NCBI GenBank assembly: GCA_043228905.1
Contig: JBHGNT010000003.1
Span: 2,232,001 to 2,296,000, forward strand
Length of the DNA: 64,000 nucleotides
Source of the DNA: Azolla caroliniana
Lineage: Eukaryota; Plantae; Polypodiophyta
Reading direction: 5' to 3'
Shown: piece after piece, positions 1 through 12,778 of the stretch
How the letters are laid out: every line of letters begins with the position of its first letter
How positions within the stretch are numbered: position 1 is the stretch's first letter
Notes under the pieces: model-generated
Database searches by the model: none
What the model was told of the DNA's origin: nothing
The model's input: only the letters and a program-made list of their open reading frames with translations
Translations under genes and position numbers: made by a program

Positions 1-65
1 GCTTCCCTCTATGTTTTCAACTTCCAATTCTTAATATTTTACCCCATAAGTTTGCATTCCTACTA

Positions 66-461
66 TGATACCAAGTGGTATGCCCCAAAATCATGAGTTG
101 ACTTATAATTAAACAGAACATGCGAACGGAGAGCTAACACGAGAAACAAATGGGTTTATATATTATTCACAACTAAAGATATTACAATGTGTCCCAATAT
201 TAGAATGGAGCCAAAATGTGACTTTAGGCGAGTGGGGCAACTCCAAAATCCTTTGAGGAAGAGAAAGCAACAATCATTCAACTTTTGATCTCAGAAAATC
301 ATGGAATGAGGATGATCCTCCAAACCCTTTCCAAGAACAAGGATTTCTTAAGTGACCACAATAGAGCATCTCTTGGAAATCACTAAAGCCTCATTGTGGT
401 CAATGGTGACAGATAACATGAATGAATGTATAATGGTGATTTTGCTCGTTAACATTACAAC
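66..461 (-). mobile_element. Possible LTR remnant with degenerate tRNA-Met PBS; element body would lie left of the window
   Basis: tgatacca at 66-73 (TGGTATCA on minus), then an 'ag' spacer and TG at 76. The gypsy element has a similar PBS/spacer layout at 17429-17443. The right boundary is a guess. Confidence 0.3.
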
Positions 462-1659
462 ATTGACCTTATCTCGCTCCTACTAAGGACAAATTGTTTG
501 TCTAAAAACGGAATGATTTGTAAGCCAACCAACAAAGGCAAAGACAATTCTTTCTTGCGTCTAACAATCATGAGAATTTGTGTGACTTGTGAACAAATAA
601 AAAAGAGATTGCAAAAACTATCGTGCTTTAGTATTATTCCTCGTGCCTTATGTAGTGTAAAGGAACCAACATAACATTTCATAAAAAGTCAATGCATTAT
701 TGTTGAGAGAACATTTTCCTCGATATAATTATATTTTCTCTCAGGTCCTTCATGTTAGTTTCTCTCTAATTAGTTGTAAACACCACTTGCCAAGATTCCT
801 AGTATAATTTAGAAATTCCTAAATATATATTCTGAAGTCTAATAGAAATTTATAGTCAAGGAACGTCCAAAACCTTAGAAAAACCCAGATGCTTTACAAA
901 ACATGGTGTATTTCTTACGCAAAACATGATTATTGTTGTTAATGTTTTGCAAATATTCTAATTAGCCAATCAGAGTCAATGCAATTATATATGTATATCT
1001 ATATATATATATATATATATAATGTATGTGTTAGCTCTGCCTATCATCAAACATACATTCTCGTTTCCACTTAAAACTTTATCTCCAAAATGGAGATCAA
1101 GCTCCCCTAATTAAGTACCGAATCCAGGCTGTATGAATTAAAGAATGTCACAGAACATGTGCTGAGGAACCTTCTTGCACATCCACAAATCTTTGCGATA
1201 AGGAGTTGAGTTTGGCATATATATGCGATCATAGAGTTGATTTTAGTCAGATTATAGAATTGATTTTGGTATGTTCGAAATCGAATAGAGTAATTGCCTA
1301 AAACACGAATACTGTATTTGCTCCACAAGATGTCCGAAATCGTAGAGTAATTGACTAAAAATAGAATAGACTATTGGCTTTCCATAATAGGAAATTGCAC
1401 GATTTTTGGCTCCACACATATGGTCTTGGCAGGGGATTCCACACATATTCTCATTCTTATCTCTCGGTTCTGCTTTCTCTCTTATCTTATCATAGATAGG
1501 TAAATAGATAGAATCTTGACTTTCTTATCATCTGAGTGAAGGAACTCATAGAGATGTATAAAAAGAGGAGTGCTACTAGAACTTATTCTACATAAAAACA
1601 GATCAGAAGAGGAGTGCCTTACAGAAGAAGAAGAAGTAGTAGTAGTAGTAGTTTAAGAG

Positions 1660-3201
1660 ATGGGTGAAATTCATATCAACAAGGAAATCAGGCTTACAAT
1701 CCAACCCAATGGGGCCGCTCTGCATCCACATGAATCCATCCCTCTTAACCATACAAACCACTCCATTGGGCTACTTGCCCAATCCAAATGGTGGAAAGAA
1801 ATGATAGAAAAGATCAATGAGATTGCTGTAACTGCTCCTAATACATCTGGATTTAAATGGAAAAGCGAGGAAAATGTGAAGATTTCGATTCCTCCCAAAG
1901 AGCTCTTGGAAGCCAAGAATAAACCATATTGGGATGAAAACCTGACCATCGGACCATTGTATACAAATCTTGTGACCAAATCCTGTCTTGATGACTGTAA
2001 GGCACTATGTGTGACGAAATTCATGGAAAGACATGAGAAATCAGATGTGGGAGAACTCATAGAATACCTCATTCCTAACCCCTTTGATCTTAACAGCCAT
2101 TATTCAAACCTCTCCCAAGATCACATTAAAGATTTCCAGCTTCTGGTCACTATCGATACCGTCTTCATTCATGAATTCTTATTCTTTTCGCGCACTGCAC
2201 GTTCATATTCCCCGGATAAGCAATACGAGTTCTTGCACAGTTTCTTCAATAACAAAATTAAGTGCAACCAAGAACCTAGTGTAAGTACTGACTACTTATA
2301 CGATTTCTTCAACAATGACTTCAAATGCAACCCCGTATGGAGGAACTTGTTCTTGATGGGAAACCAAATTCCCATGTTTTTTCTAAAGAAGATTGCAGAG
2401 TTTCCAAACAGAAACGAACTCAATGTGAAAGATCTCCAGACAGTATTGGTTGATATTGTTGTGAGGAACTGTCCATTCCCCATGGGCAATATGGATTGGC
2501 GCAAGAATACTCCGAATGCAAATTTTTTGGATTGCAAACATCTACTTGATTGCCAGTATGTTTTGGTCACACAAGGATTACATGAGGAGAGGAGATCCCT
2601 GAAATTTCAAGAGCATCGGCCGACGAATCAAGGAGCCGACAGGCTACAGTCTAAACATCGTGATCGTTTGCCAACAGCGTCTCAACTCTCGAAAGTCGGC
2701 ATTTCATTTAAGGCTTACAAAAGCGGCACATCAGGGATCAAGTATCATGGGAGGAAGCATCGTCTCCATCTTCCACGCCTTATCGTGTACGAAGGCACGG
2801 AGGATGTGCTGCGGAACCTCCTTGCCTATGAACAAGCCTCCAAAAAAGGAGGTGCGTTTACAATGTATGTTGTAATCATGGACTCACTCATTGATACAAC
2901 CGAGGATCTAGCAATCTTGACTAAGGCACGGGTGATAGTGAACCACCTCGGGAGCGATCAGAAGTTGGTCAAGATGTGGAACAAGATGTGCAAAAATGTC
3001 ACGATTCGATCATGCGAAAGATTGGACAATATAACACACGATGTACTCAAGCACTATCGGAATCCTTTCAGTTCCATGTATGTGGAGTTCTGTGAAAAGT
3101 TTTTCTCTCGTCCATGGTTGACGGCATCTGTCATTAGCGCGATCCTACTCCTCGTCTTGACATTAGTGCAGACAGTCTATGCCATCTTAGGCTATTACTA
3201 G
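1660..3201 (+). CDS. DUF247/UPF0481 protein, intact, intronless, C-terminal TM helix (locus 1)
   Basis: 513-aa ORF with family motifs TIGP, L(F)LMGNQIP, HLLD, PTASQLSKVGISF, LRNLLAYE, MDSLIDT.EDL, FFSRPW followed by a hydrophobic tail ending QTVY. Confidence 0.9.
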   Translation: MGEIHINKEIRLTIQPNGAALHPHESIPLNHTNHSIGLLAQSKWWKEMIEKINEIAVTAPNTSGFKWKSEENVKISIPPKELLEAKNKPYWDENLTIGPLYTNLVTKSCLDDCKALCVTKFMERHEKSDVGELIEYLIPNPFDLNSHYSNLSQDHIKDFQLLVTIDTVFIHEFLFFSRTARSYSPDKQYEFLHSFFNNKIKCNQEPSVSTDYLYDFFNNDFKCNPVWRNLFLMGNQIPMFFLKKIAEFPNRNELNVKDLQTVLVDIVVRNCPFPMGNMDWRKNTPNANFLDCKHLLDCQYVLVTQGLHEERRSLKFQEHRPTNQGADRLQSKHRDRLPTASQLSKVGISFKAYKSGTSGIKYHGRKHRLHLPRLIVYEGTEDVLRNLLAYEQASKKGGAFTMYVVIMDSLIDTTEDLAILTKARVIVNHLGSDQKLVKMWNKMCKNVTIRSCERLDNITHDVLKHYRNPFSSMYVEFCEKFFSRPWLTASVISAILLLVLTLVQTVYAILGYY

Positions 3202-4454
3202 TGGAATAGCTAAATGAAACAACTGAGCTCAAAAACAATCAAGTGTTTGAGCTTTCTTTCCTTGGTTCATTGGACTGTATTACTTTATTTATGTCTATTC
3301 GATTTATAATCCACATGATCTTTAATAAATGTGGAAGATTGTTCTAAGGATTTACAATCCATATGAACTTTTATCATTGTGGAAGATTGTTCTAAGCATT
3401 TTAAATGCTTAGAAATAAGAACATGGTGAGACATGGCATTGAATTTACGACACCTTGATTGGTGCTTAATGCATGCTTGAGTAACTATCTCTTACAAGGA
3501 TTGTTAATGGGTTTTAAGCGACACTTGTAATAAATAATATAAACTTGATTGGTGCTTAATGCATGCTTGAATAATGAATAATTGCCTGTTACAAGGATCT
3601 TTAATGGGTTTAAAGTGACACTTGTAACAATACTATCTCCATGTTTTTATGCTAATCATAACAAGTATCCTCCTCTTTCTTAACCCTAGATAAAAAGTTC
3701 TCTTGAATATATAGGTCTCCTAACTAGGCTAACAACATGGTATATAAAATCCGAATTCTTTAATATGAATATAAATTTAGACACAATGGCTAAGGACAAT
3801 TGATAATAGAATGTCCAATGCAACCTTACATTCATTAGCAAGTTTGTTGACCAAATATTTATTATCTTATAGCATGAACAAAATAGTCCACATAATGCTT
3901 GCTCACCAAAAGAAATTCCCCATATTTGCATTCCTACCTCATAAGGCACAGTACAAGTAGGTTGGTCCCACAAATTTGTGGACTTTAAACGAGAAATATG
4001 GTTGAGACTGAAGTTGTTTTGGGTACAGTTTCTAAATATAGATCTAGCTAGTCAACGTTCTCCAAACTAGCTATTTTAGCCCCATTTTATCTACTTTATA
4101 GGACAAGTCTAGAAAATGGAGAAAAAAAACCTTTTACCCCCTTTTTCTTGTTCTCTACATTTATTTGATAAAATAGGAAAATTAAATGTTACCAAATAGA
4201 TTTACGGTCCGAAATCTCCCACCACTCTTCCCATGTAATACGTATCCCCAAATTAGGCCCACAAACTTTGTTGTGCCTACCAGCCATTTCCAAGGATCAT
4301 AAAAACTTGGAACACTACTAACAAATAGCAGAATTAACTCATAGAGGTGTAGGAAAACAGGAGTGGTACTACTTGACCTAATTATCCAAGAAAGTATCAA
4401 CTAATTAGTGCCCTACAGAAGAAGAAGAAGATCAAATTCAACACTACAAATCCA

Positions 4455-5896
4455 ATGGATGAACCTGATCATCAACCAAACTTCACCAAAGGTGAATGGA
4501 GACAAGTCTACATGAAGGAGAAGATCAATCATGTTAATGCACCTGTGTTCAACGGCACAAGTTCAATTAATTTGAAGCCTCCCCAACCATTGTTAGAAGT
4601 CAAGCCAGAGTCATATTACCCTAAATTAGTGACCATCGGTCCATTGTATCCAAATCTTGAGGCTTCCCCTATTGATAATTTGAAGGCGTTATGTGTGAAG
4701 AAATTCATGGAGCGACATAGTAAGATTATATCAGCTGTGGAAGACCTAATCTCTGTTGAAACGGATGAACTTAGCCGCATCTATAATCTCAATTTCCCTC
4801 AATCTGACTCTTTGACTGGCTCCAACTATCGATACCGTCTTCATTCATGAATTCTTGCTGTTTCTATCCATACCTCAACCTATGGAAAGTGTCTGCAGCT
4901 ACTTTCACATTTTCTACTCCAATAGTGACTTTACACTCTACCTGCGACTAGAGAGGGACCTCCTGTTGATGGGCAACCAGATTCCCATGTCATTTCTGAA
5001 GAAGATTGCTCTAGAGATTCCTAACAATCCTAACTTCTCATTGGATGTTCTCGAGGAAACCATGCGGAAATTTATTGTCCTCAGTAATCCTTTCATCTCT
5101 AGGAAAGATGTAAAGACTAGATTTCTAAGATTTCTCGAATCGGAAAACATCAATTTAATCGATAATTGCAAGCATCTACTTGATTCCCTCTACTTCTCGT
5201 GCACTTTCGAAGAAGAATTTATTGCGTTGTCAATGGTGTTGCCATCACGACCAACCGAATCTACGAGACAATCTAATTCCGAAGAATCAAATTCATTCTT
5301 CTGAAGAGCAGTATGATCACATACCGACAGCATCGGAACTCTGTAAAGCCGGCATCCGGTTCAAGGCTTGTGATGGTAACATATCGGTGATGAGGTATGA
5401 CAAGAAAAAGCTTCAGATCGATCTTCCGAAGCTCGTCGTGGAAGATGACACAGAGGATGTGCTCCGGAACCTCGTTGCGCATGAACAAACGTCCAGCACA
5501 AGACGAAGTAGCGGTGACTTCTCGACGTATGCGGTCATTATGGACGCGCTCATTGACACACCAGAGGATCTAGCAATCTTAACTCGGGCGGGGGTGATAC
5601 AGAACCACCTTGAAAATGACTACAGATTGGTCAAGATGTGGGATGACATGTGCATCAATGTGATCTATACTGTCGAATCGAGAAGATGGAAAGGAATGGT
5701 CCCTGTTATAGCCGCCCACTATTCCTCCCGTTGGCGTCGCTGGTATGCGGAGTTTCATCAAATGTACTTTTCTCGCCCATGGCTATGGATTTCGGTCATC
5801 GCGGCGTTTCTACTGCTCTCAGCTTCAATATTGCAGACAGTCTATACAATCTTAGGCTATTACATACCCAAAAGATTAACCTACCCTAAACCTTAG
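4455..5896 (+). pseudogene. DUF247 paralog with two frameshifts (locus 2)
   Basis: Homology is split over ORFs 4455-4850, 4855-5304 and 5180-5896 in three frames. A small deletion near 4825 is visible against locus 3. Confidence 0.85.
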
Positions 5897-6879
5897 GGCA
5901 ATAATAAAGAAGCTCAACACAATTGATTATTGATCTTTGCCTATAATTTTGGTTTATTAATTTAATTATTTCTTATTATTTATGTCTTTTTTTGAAATTG
6001 TGGTGAATGGTTTGGTGATTGATGTAGCAATGGAGATCGATATTCTGGGATTTAAATTAATTAATTGAAGCGATGAAGTATCGAAGCACAAGTTCCAATT
6101 ATTTTTCTAGTTATTTCCGCTCAAACGTTCATAACACCTAAATAATTGAGTTAATTCCTCCCCTTTTTTCTCAAAATTGTTAGCGTTAATTTGAGACCCA
6201 ATTCTAATCGGATTTCATATGTGTGCAAATTATGTGATCAATGTTTGTGTTCTGCAGATGTGTTTACTATGATTAATCCAGAGTGGGACATACTAAGAAC
6301 TAACAACATTGCCTTCAACTTTCCCATCACGAAAAAGACCTAAATATTTTCTAGAATGGAGATCAAGCTCTTCTAAATGAGATGAGAACACAGGCTGTAT
6401 AAATTAAGGAATGGCGTTGAAGAACTCCTTGAACATGCATAAATAAACCTTTACAACAAGGAATTGGCTGTGCTATGTATTCGATCATAGAGTTGATTTG
6501 ACTCAGCTCATCAACACCCAACTGACTTATTCGAAATCGTACAGTAATTGGTTAAAAATAGAATATCTACTATTTTGCTTTCTATAATAGGAAATGGCTT
6601 GATTCTTGGCTCCACACATATGCTCATTCTTATAGCTTTCTCCTTATCATAGATTAATAAAGAGATGCGTACATAGAGTGTACAGTTCCTCATCATCTGA
6701 AGGCAGGATTAACTCATAGAGATGCATGAAAAGAGAAGTGGTACTACTTGAAAACCGGAGAAATTATCAAGCAGTTAGGGCCCTACAGAAGTAGAAGTGG
6801 ACGATTCAAGAAGAAGAGGCTAATTCAATTAGAAAGTGTCAAACCAATTAGTGCCCTACAAAAACAGAAGTAGAAGAAG

Positions 6880-8310
6880 ATGAAGAAGAAGAAGGTTATT
6901 AGATTCAACACTAAAATTCTAATGGATAGACCTGATCAACAACCCGACTTCACCAAAGATAAATGGAGAGACTACATGAAAGAGAAGATCAATCTGCATG
7001 GTGATGATGCACCTGTGTTCAACGAAAGTTGGAAGATTTTGAAGCCTCCCCAAGCATTGTTGGAAGTGAAGCCACAGTCATATAACCCTAAATTAGTGAC
7101 CATCGGTCCATTGTATCAAAATCTGGAGCTTTCCCCCATTAATAATTTTAAGGCACTATGTGTGAGGAAATTCATGGAAAGACATGGGATATCAAGTGTG
7201 GGAGAGCTCATGCAATACCTCAGCCATGATCAACCAGATGAGCTTAGCCGCATCTATAATCTCAACCTCAGCCAATCTGACTTTGACTGGCTCCAACTTC
7301 TGGTTACTATCGATACTGTCTTCATTCATGAATTCCTGCTGTTTCTCTCCAAGGAAGACCCTACCACAGGTGTCTGCAAGTACTTTACTATTTTCTTCTT
7401 TAATAATGACTTTACATTCAACGCCAGAGTACGGAGGGACTTTCTGTTGGTAGGAAATCAAATTCCCATGTCATATGTGAAGAAGATTACAGAGATTGCT
7501 AGCAATCGCAACTTCTCATTGGATGTTCTCGAGAAAACTGTGCGGAGATTTATTGTTCCCCGGATTCCCTTCATCTCTAGCGAACGTGTGCAGACCAGAT
7601 TTGAGAGATTTCTTGAATCGAAAGGCAGAAAATTGATCGATAAATGTGAGCATTTACTTGATGCCCTCTATTTTTCGTGCACTGAAACATTTGACGACTC
7701 TAAGAGACCATCTGAGAGATCACCATCTTATTCCGAAGAGGAGTCTTATCACATTCCAACAGCGTCCCAACTCACGAAAGCCGGCATTTCGTTCAAGGCT
7801 TGTGAAGGTAACATATCAGTGATGAAGTATGACAAGACGAAACTTCAGCTCAATCTTCCGCGCCTTATCGTGTATGATGGCACGGAGGATGTGCTGAGGA
7901 ACCTTCTTGCCTATGAGCAAACCTTCAAAGATGGAGGTAAGTTCACTATGTATGCGGCCATCATGGACTCCCTCATAGACACCCAAGAAGATCTAGCGAT
8001 CTTGACTAAGGCGAAGGTGCTAGAGAATAACTTGGGGAGTGATGAGAAGTTGATCCAGATGTGGAACGAGATGTGCACCAATGTCTATTATGAGCCGTGT
8101 AAGGAATGGAAAGAGATGATCCATGAGATAAATACCCACAATTCCTCCCGTTGGCGTCGCTTGTCCGTGGAGTTTTATCAAACATATTTGTCTCGGCCGT
8201 GGCTAATGGCATCCGTCATTGCGGCATTTGTATTGCTCTCACTTTCAATATTACAGACAGTCTATTCAATCTTAGCTTATTACAAAGCCCTAAATCAACC
8301 TAAACCCTAA
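6880..8310 (+). CDS. DUF247 protein, intact with TM tail (locus 3; alternative ATG at 6922)
   Basis: 476-aa ORF with all family motifs and a YLSRPW + hydrophobic C-terminus. Confidence 0.9.
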   Translation: MKKKKVIRFNTKILMDRPDQQPDFTKDKWRDYMKEKINLHGDDAPVFNESWKILKPPQALLEVKPQSYNPKLVTIGPLYQNLELSPINNFKALCVRKFMERHGISSVGELMQYLSHDQPDELSRIYNLNLSQSDFDWLQLLVTIDTVFIHEFLLFLSKEDPTTGVCKYFTIFFFNNDFTFNARVRRDFLLVGNQIPMSYVKKITEIASNRNFSLDVLEKTVRRFIVPRIPFISSERVQTRFERFLESKGRKLIDKCEHLLDALYFSCTETFDDSKRPSERSPSYSEEESYHIPTASQLTKAGISFKACEGNISVMKYDKTKLQLNLPRLIVYDGTEDVLRNLLAYEQTFKDGGKFTMYAAIMDSLIDTQEDLAILTKAKVLENNLGSDEKLIQMWNEMCTNVYYEPCKEWKEMIHEINTHNSSRWRRLSVEFYQTYLSRPWLMASVIAAFVLLSLSILQTVYSILAYYKALNQPKP

Positions 8311-9625
8311 ATCCCTAAACGCTATGGCAAAAATAAAGAAGCTCAACACAATTAAGTATTGAGCTTTGTTTATTCATTGGGATTTCATTATCTAATTGTT
8401 TCCTGTTACTTACATTGTACTGATTTATAATCCACACTGGCTTATGAAATTGTGGAAGATTATGTACTTACGGTCAATCATGTTTTATTGACTTATTTTT
8501 CATATTGGTTTACTCAGTTTTAGAAGATTATGTACTTATGGTGAATCATGTTTTATTGATTTATGGTCCATATTGGTTTATGAAATTGTGGAAGATTATG
8601 TACTTATGGTGAAATGTTTTTGTTCTTGCAAAGTTTTTGTTCTCGCAATGAAGACTTGCTGAAGCACAATTTCTGCTTCTTCTTCTTTGTCGTCTTTTTC
8701 TTGATCCCACATACATCAAATTACATACAAGCTGAACAAGATGGCAAACACAAAATAAATCTATTGAGAATAAGTAACATTACCAGGAACACTACAATTG
8801 GACAAGAAGCAATAACACACAAGGAGAGAGGAAGAGAGAATTGGACAGAAATGATAAGACAAGCTTTGTAAAAGAAAAGGGATATATTTTATTTTGTCAA
8901 AACAATACTTTATATACATGCTTATAAGGAAAACACTAAAAGAAGGAGGTCATGTATCGTTTTATTTTCTGTAAGGTTAAACTACTTTCTATATAAATAA
9001 TTATATTCTATCTTAACAAACACGACGATATTTTTGGATGTAATACCACATCATCATCATGCTACAAAACATACGATACTACGTTCCTAGAGATCCATTC
9101 ACCATTTAAATATACAATAACATGTTTGCAGCATCGAAAACAGGATTCCTAGAGAAAGAGACATATTAATATTTACAAAGTTATGAACTTGTAGCGTTTC
9201 GATACATAGCTGTTTAATTAGCCATGAGAAATCGGAAGATAAAATCTTGATCTCTTCATACGGATGTAAAACTTTAGTCTTAGCTGCAATGAAATTGACA
9301 GTAGAATGTCCAAATCATCCCAAAGTTCAGAATTAGTTATCAGCCCCATGACCATACTTGTTACGATGATAAATTACTTCGGTCAAATCCATTTAGTTTG
9401 TCTTTCATATTTTCGATTTCGAAAATTTGCATGAAATTTTGTTATAATATTCCCCCACCAAACTAGAAATAACTGATAGATGGATTATACATTCGAAAGA
9501 TAGGTAGTCTAATACCCATGTGGTTTCTGCAGAAGATTGTATGAAGTTCAAAGGAACTCGACTCGAAATCGGGTAGACCCAAGGTTGCCAGCTTGAATTA
9601 TTGACTTATTTCGATAAATGATCCA

Positions 9626-11353
9626 TTGTTCATGATGAAATATGACATGAGAAACCTTCGGTTTGATCTTCCACGACTTGTCGTGGAAGATAGCACGGAG
9701 GATGTGTTGAAGAACCTCCTTGCATATGACGAAAGCCTTATCAATACTAGTGGTGCGTTCTCTACCGAGGAGGTGTTCAGGTACGTCTTTGCAAATGACG
9801 AAAGCCTTTTCAATACTGGTGTTGAGTTCTCAATGTATGTGGCCATTATGGACTCCCTTATCAAGACCCATGAAGACCTATCAATCTTGATGAAGGCGCA
9901 GGTGATAGAGAGCAACCTTGGAAGTAATGAAAGGTTGGTCCAGATGTGGAATGCTATGAGCAAGAATATCATGATTTATTGTCCCCAAGTATGGAATGAG
10001 ATGATTAACGATGTAACGGCGCATTATAGGACACCTTTGCATCGTCGACAAGCAAGTTCAGGTATTCGCATATGCCAAATGGATGGAGTTGTTGATGCAC
10101 TTACTTCGCCATGGGAAGGTGACAGACCTAAATTTCCTTCTCCACGTTTCAAATTTGCAAGTCGGTTGCCATGGGATAGCGACAGACATAAATTTCTTTC
10201 TCCACGTTCCAAAAATCTTCTTTCTCCACGTTTGCCTCCACAGGGATGTTTGATGATATCGAAGCCTTACCAAGCATTGTTGGAGGTGAATCCAGGGTTA
10301 TATTCCCCTCAGATTCTGACTATCGGACCACTGTACCAAATGCTTAATACGAGTCGCCCTTTTGATCATTATAAGGCACCATGTGTGGACAGATTCATGC
10401 GACGCCTCGACTATGACCCTCGTTACCTGCATTATCCAAGCCTCAACTTCGATTCCCTTAAGCTTTTGGTCACTGAAGATACAATCTTCATTCATGAACT
10501 CTTGCTGTTTCTGTGGTACGAGTTGCAACCCCAACACACAGAACACGGCCACTTCCCTACACTCTTCAAAAATGACTTGACATACAAGCAAATATGGAGG
10601 GACTTGTTCTTGATGGGCAACCAAATTCCCATGTCTTATCTGAAGAAGCTGATTGAAGAGTTTCCGAACCCACCTAACTTAGAAATGGATGAGATCCGGA
10701 AAGTAGTGGCTGATGCTGTTAAAAGACTTGATCCTTTCCCTATCAGGAATTCTCAGAACGAGAAATTAGAAACTCCAAAATTTCAACATTGCAATCATCT
10801 ACTTGATTGCCTATATGTTTGGGTCACCGGAAAGCCATTCAAAGAGTGTAGGACACAAGCCATCAATCCACATAGATTCCCGCAACAAGCAGATCCCATG
10901 ACATCGGATCTTCCATCAGCGTCTCAACTCTCTAAAGCAGGCATCAGGTTTAGGGCTATTGAAGGTAGCATATCGGTGATGAAATACGACAAGAGAAAGC
11001 TTCGGTTTGATCTTCCAGGACTTGTCGTGCAAGATAACACGGAGGATGTGTTGAGGAACCTCCTTGCATATGAAGAAAGCCATACCAATACTGGTCATGC
11101 GTTCTCTCTGTATGTGGTCACTATGAACTCCCTTATCAAGACCCAAGAAGATCTAGCAATCTTGACTAAACCACTTGTGATACAGAGCAAACTTGGAAGC
11201 AGCGAAAGATTGCTCCAGATGTGGAGTGCCATGGCCAAGAATGTGGTGATTCGATCGCGTGAGAAGTGGGAGGGGATGATACAAGATCTAATGGAGCATT
11301 GTGAGAGCCCTCGGCGTTTCATTCTAAGTATTTTACTCTGTCATGGCATTTGA
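9626..11353 (+). CDS. Chimeric DUF247: C-terminal half-domain + linker + full domain, no TM anchor (locus 4)
   Basis: 575-aa ORF in which MKYD..LRFDLP..MDSLIKT occurs twice. It ends RRFILSILLCHGI, and the TM remnant (KYFTLSW) is in another frame. Confidence 0.7.
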   Translation: MFMMKYDMRNLRFDLPRLVVEDSTEDVLKNLLAYDESLINTSGAFSTEEVFRYVFANDESLFNTGVEFSMYVAIMDSLIKTHEDLSILMKAQVIESNLGSNERLVQMWNAMSKNIMIYCPQVWNEMINDVTAHYRTPLHRRQASSGIRICQMDGVVDALTSPWEGDRPKFPSPRFKFASRLPWDSDRHKFLSPRSKNLLSPRLPPQGCLMISKPYQALLEVNPGLYSPQILTIGPLYQMLNTSRPFDHYKAPCVDRFMRRLDYDPRYLHYPSLNFDSLKLLVTEDTIFIHELLLFLWYELQPQHTEHGHFPTLFKNDLTYKQIWRDLFLMGNQIPMSYLKKLIEEFPNPPNLEMDEIRKVVADAVKRLDPFPIRNSQNEKLETPKFQHCNHLLDCLYVWVTGKPFKECRTQAINPHRFPQQADPMTSDLPSASQLSKAGIRFRAIEGSISVMKYDKRKLRFDLPGLVVQDNTEDVLRNLLAYEESHTNTGHAFSLYVVTMNSLIKTQEDLAILTKPLVIQSKLGSSERLLQMWSAMAKNVVIRSREKWEGMIQDLMEHCESPRRFILSILLCHGI

Positions 11354-11702
11354 TTTAAGGTCTTGTAGCGTTTCTATTGCAGACAGGCTATATATGTTGT
11401 TAGGGTTATTACCAAAAGCCCTAATTTAACCATTCAACCTTACTAAAACCCTAGGGATAAAATAAACAAGCTCAAAAACAATGGAGTATGAAGCTTTGTT
11501 CATTCCTTTGGGATTTCATTGTACGTTATTTTTAGAAACTCTTAGAAGATGATGTAGTAGAAGTAGAGTAAGTGACAAGGACTAAGTGTCTTATGGACTC
11601 ATAAAAACATGGCTATTTCCAATCCGACATTGTACTTATGATAAATAATTGGTGATTAATGTATTATTGAGTATCTTGTTACAAACATAGGTTCAATAAG
11701 CA

Positions 11703-11823
11703 AATCATTGTGTCCTCTCCCAATTAAAATGGAGTACATTTTGTATGAGTCTCATAAGCCAATCACGTGTCCTCTCCTAATTAAAATGGAGTACATTTTG
11801 TATGAGTCTCATAAGACAATCAC
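11703..11823. repeat. ~57-bp tandem duplication in a DUF247 3' flank
   Basis: aatca..gtgtcctctcc.aattaaaatggagtacattttgtatgagtctcataag occurs twice; the paralogous flank at 25505-25567 has one copy. Confidence 0.8.
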
Positions 11824-12466
11824 ATACGCTTCGATTGGATCTCTACATGAATTCAGTACCTCTTGGAATTGGCATCCCAATTTGAAGAGATAAAGATATA
11901 GAATAAATCTTCATGCTTCTCCTGACTACGTCATTCACGTGACAAGAAGAGGAGATGTTACATTTAGAGACCAATTTCAGAGCTTAATGGATGCTTTGTA
12001 TTAACTTTTCAATTGGTTTACATCATAAACGTCTTTTGATTTGTCATTGATTAACCATGAATCCAACGATTTCAGACCACTCTAGTGTAAAAATGTATAA
12101 GATGATGGTTTTGCCACATAATAGAAATTGATGAGAAAAATGGTGTGGTCATTTAATACACAAGCAATCCAGTTATTAAGAGTTTTGGCATCTATTTGTT
12201 GATATGATGACATAGAATGGATGTGTGCTTTTAGAAGATGCTCAATATCTTGGTATTCAATCTGCAAGAGAGAAAAGATGTATTCTAATGCATAGAAAGT
12301 CACCTTCTAATGTTTTTTACTTGTATCTTCGTATGTACATAACTGCATATGAAATAAATTTGTCTAGCCATATGTGTGGGTATTTTTATGTTGAGTAATC
12401 TCACTCCATTAAAGAGCAAAGCGTCATAACTTCCCATAGTTTATGTAATTCAGAAAGTAGGAATAT

Positions 12467-12721
12467 TAATAAACCAATGGCACAAAATGAGAGAGAACAC
12501 TCTTTGTATTCAATAGAAATAAAAAAGGTAAGTGCGAATTACTAACTAATGACTTGGTCCTTCCCCATTGGGAACCCCCCCCCCCTTTTCAAAATCACAA
12601 CTACTTCTTTAAATAGAAACTTATTGGGAGCCCAAACGTTCATGAGATGAAACGTTTGTGCTTCCAAGATTTATTTAAATATTCTACTATTTTCTTTTAT
12701 GTAATTGTAACGGTTGTAACA
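12467..12721 (-). repeat. 3' LTR of the chromovirus (255 bp)
   Basis: Near-identical to 17443-17698. Confidence 0.95.
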
Positions 12722-12778
12722 CTCTCCCGCTAGTCGAGAGAGTTTCGACCTCGAAACTATTGCATAAAGGTTCCTAGG

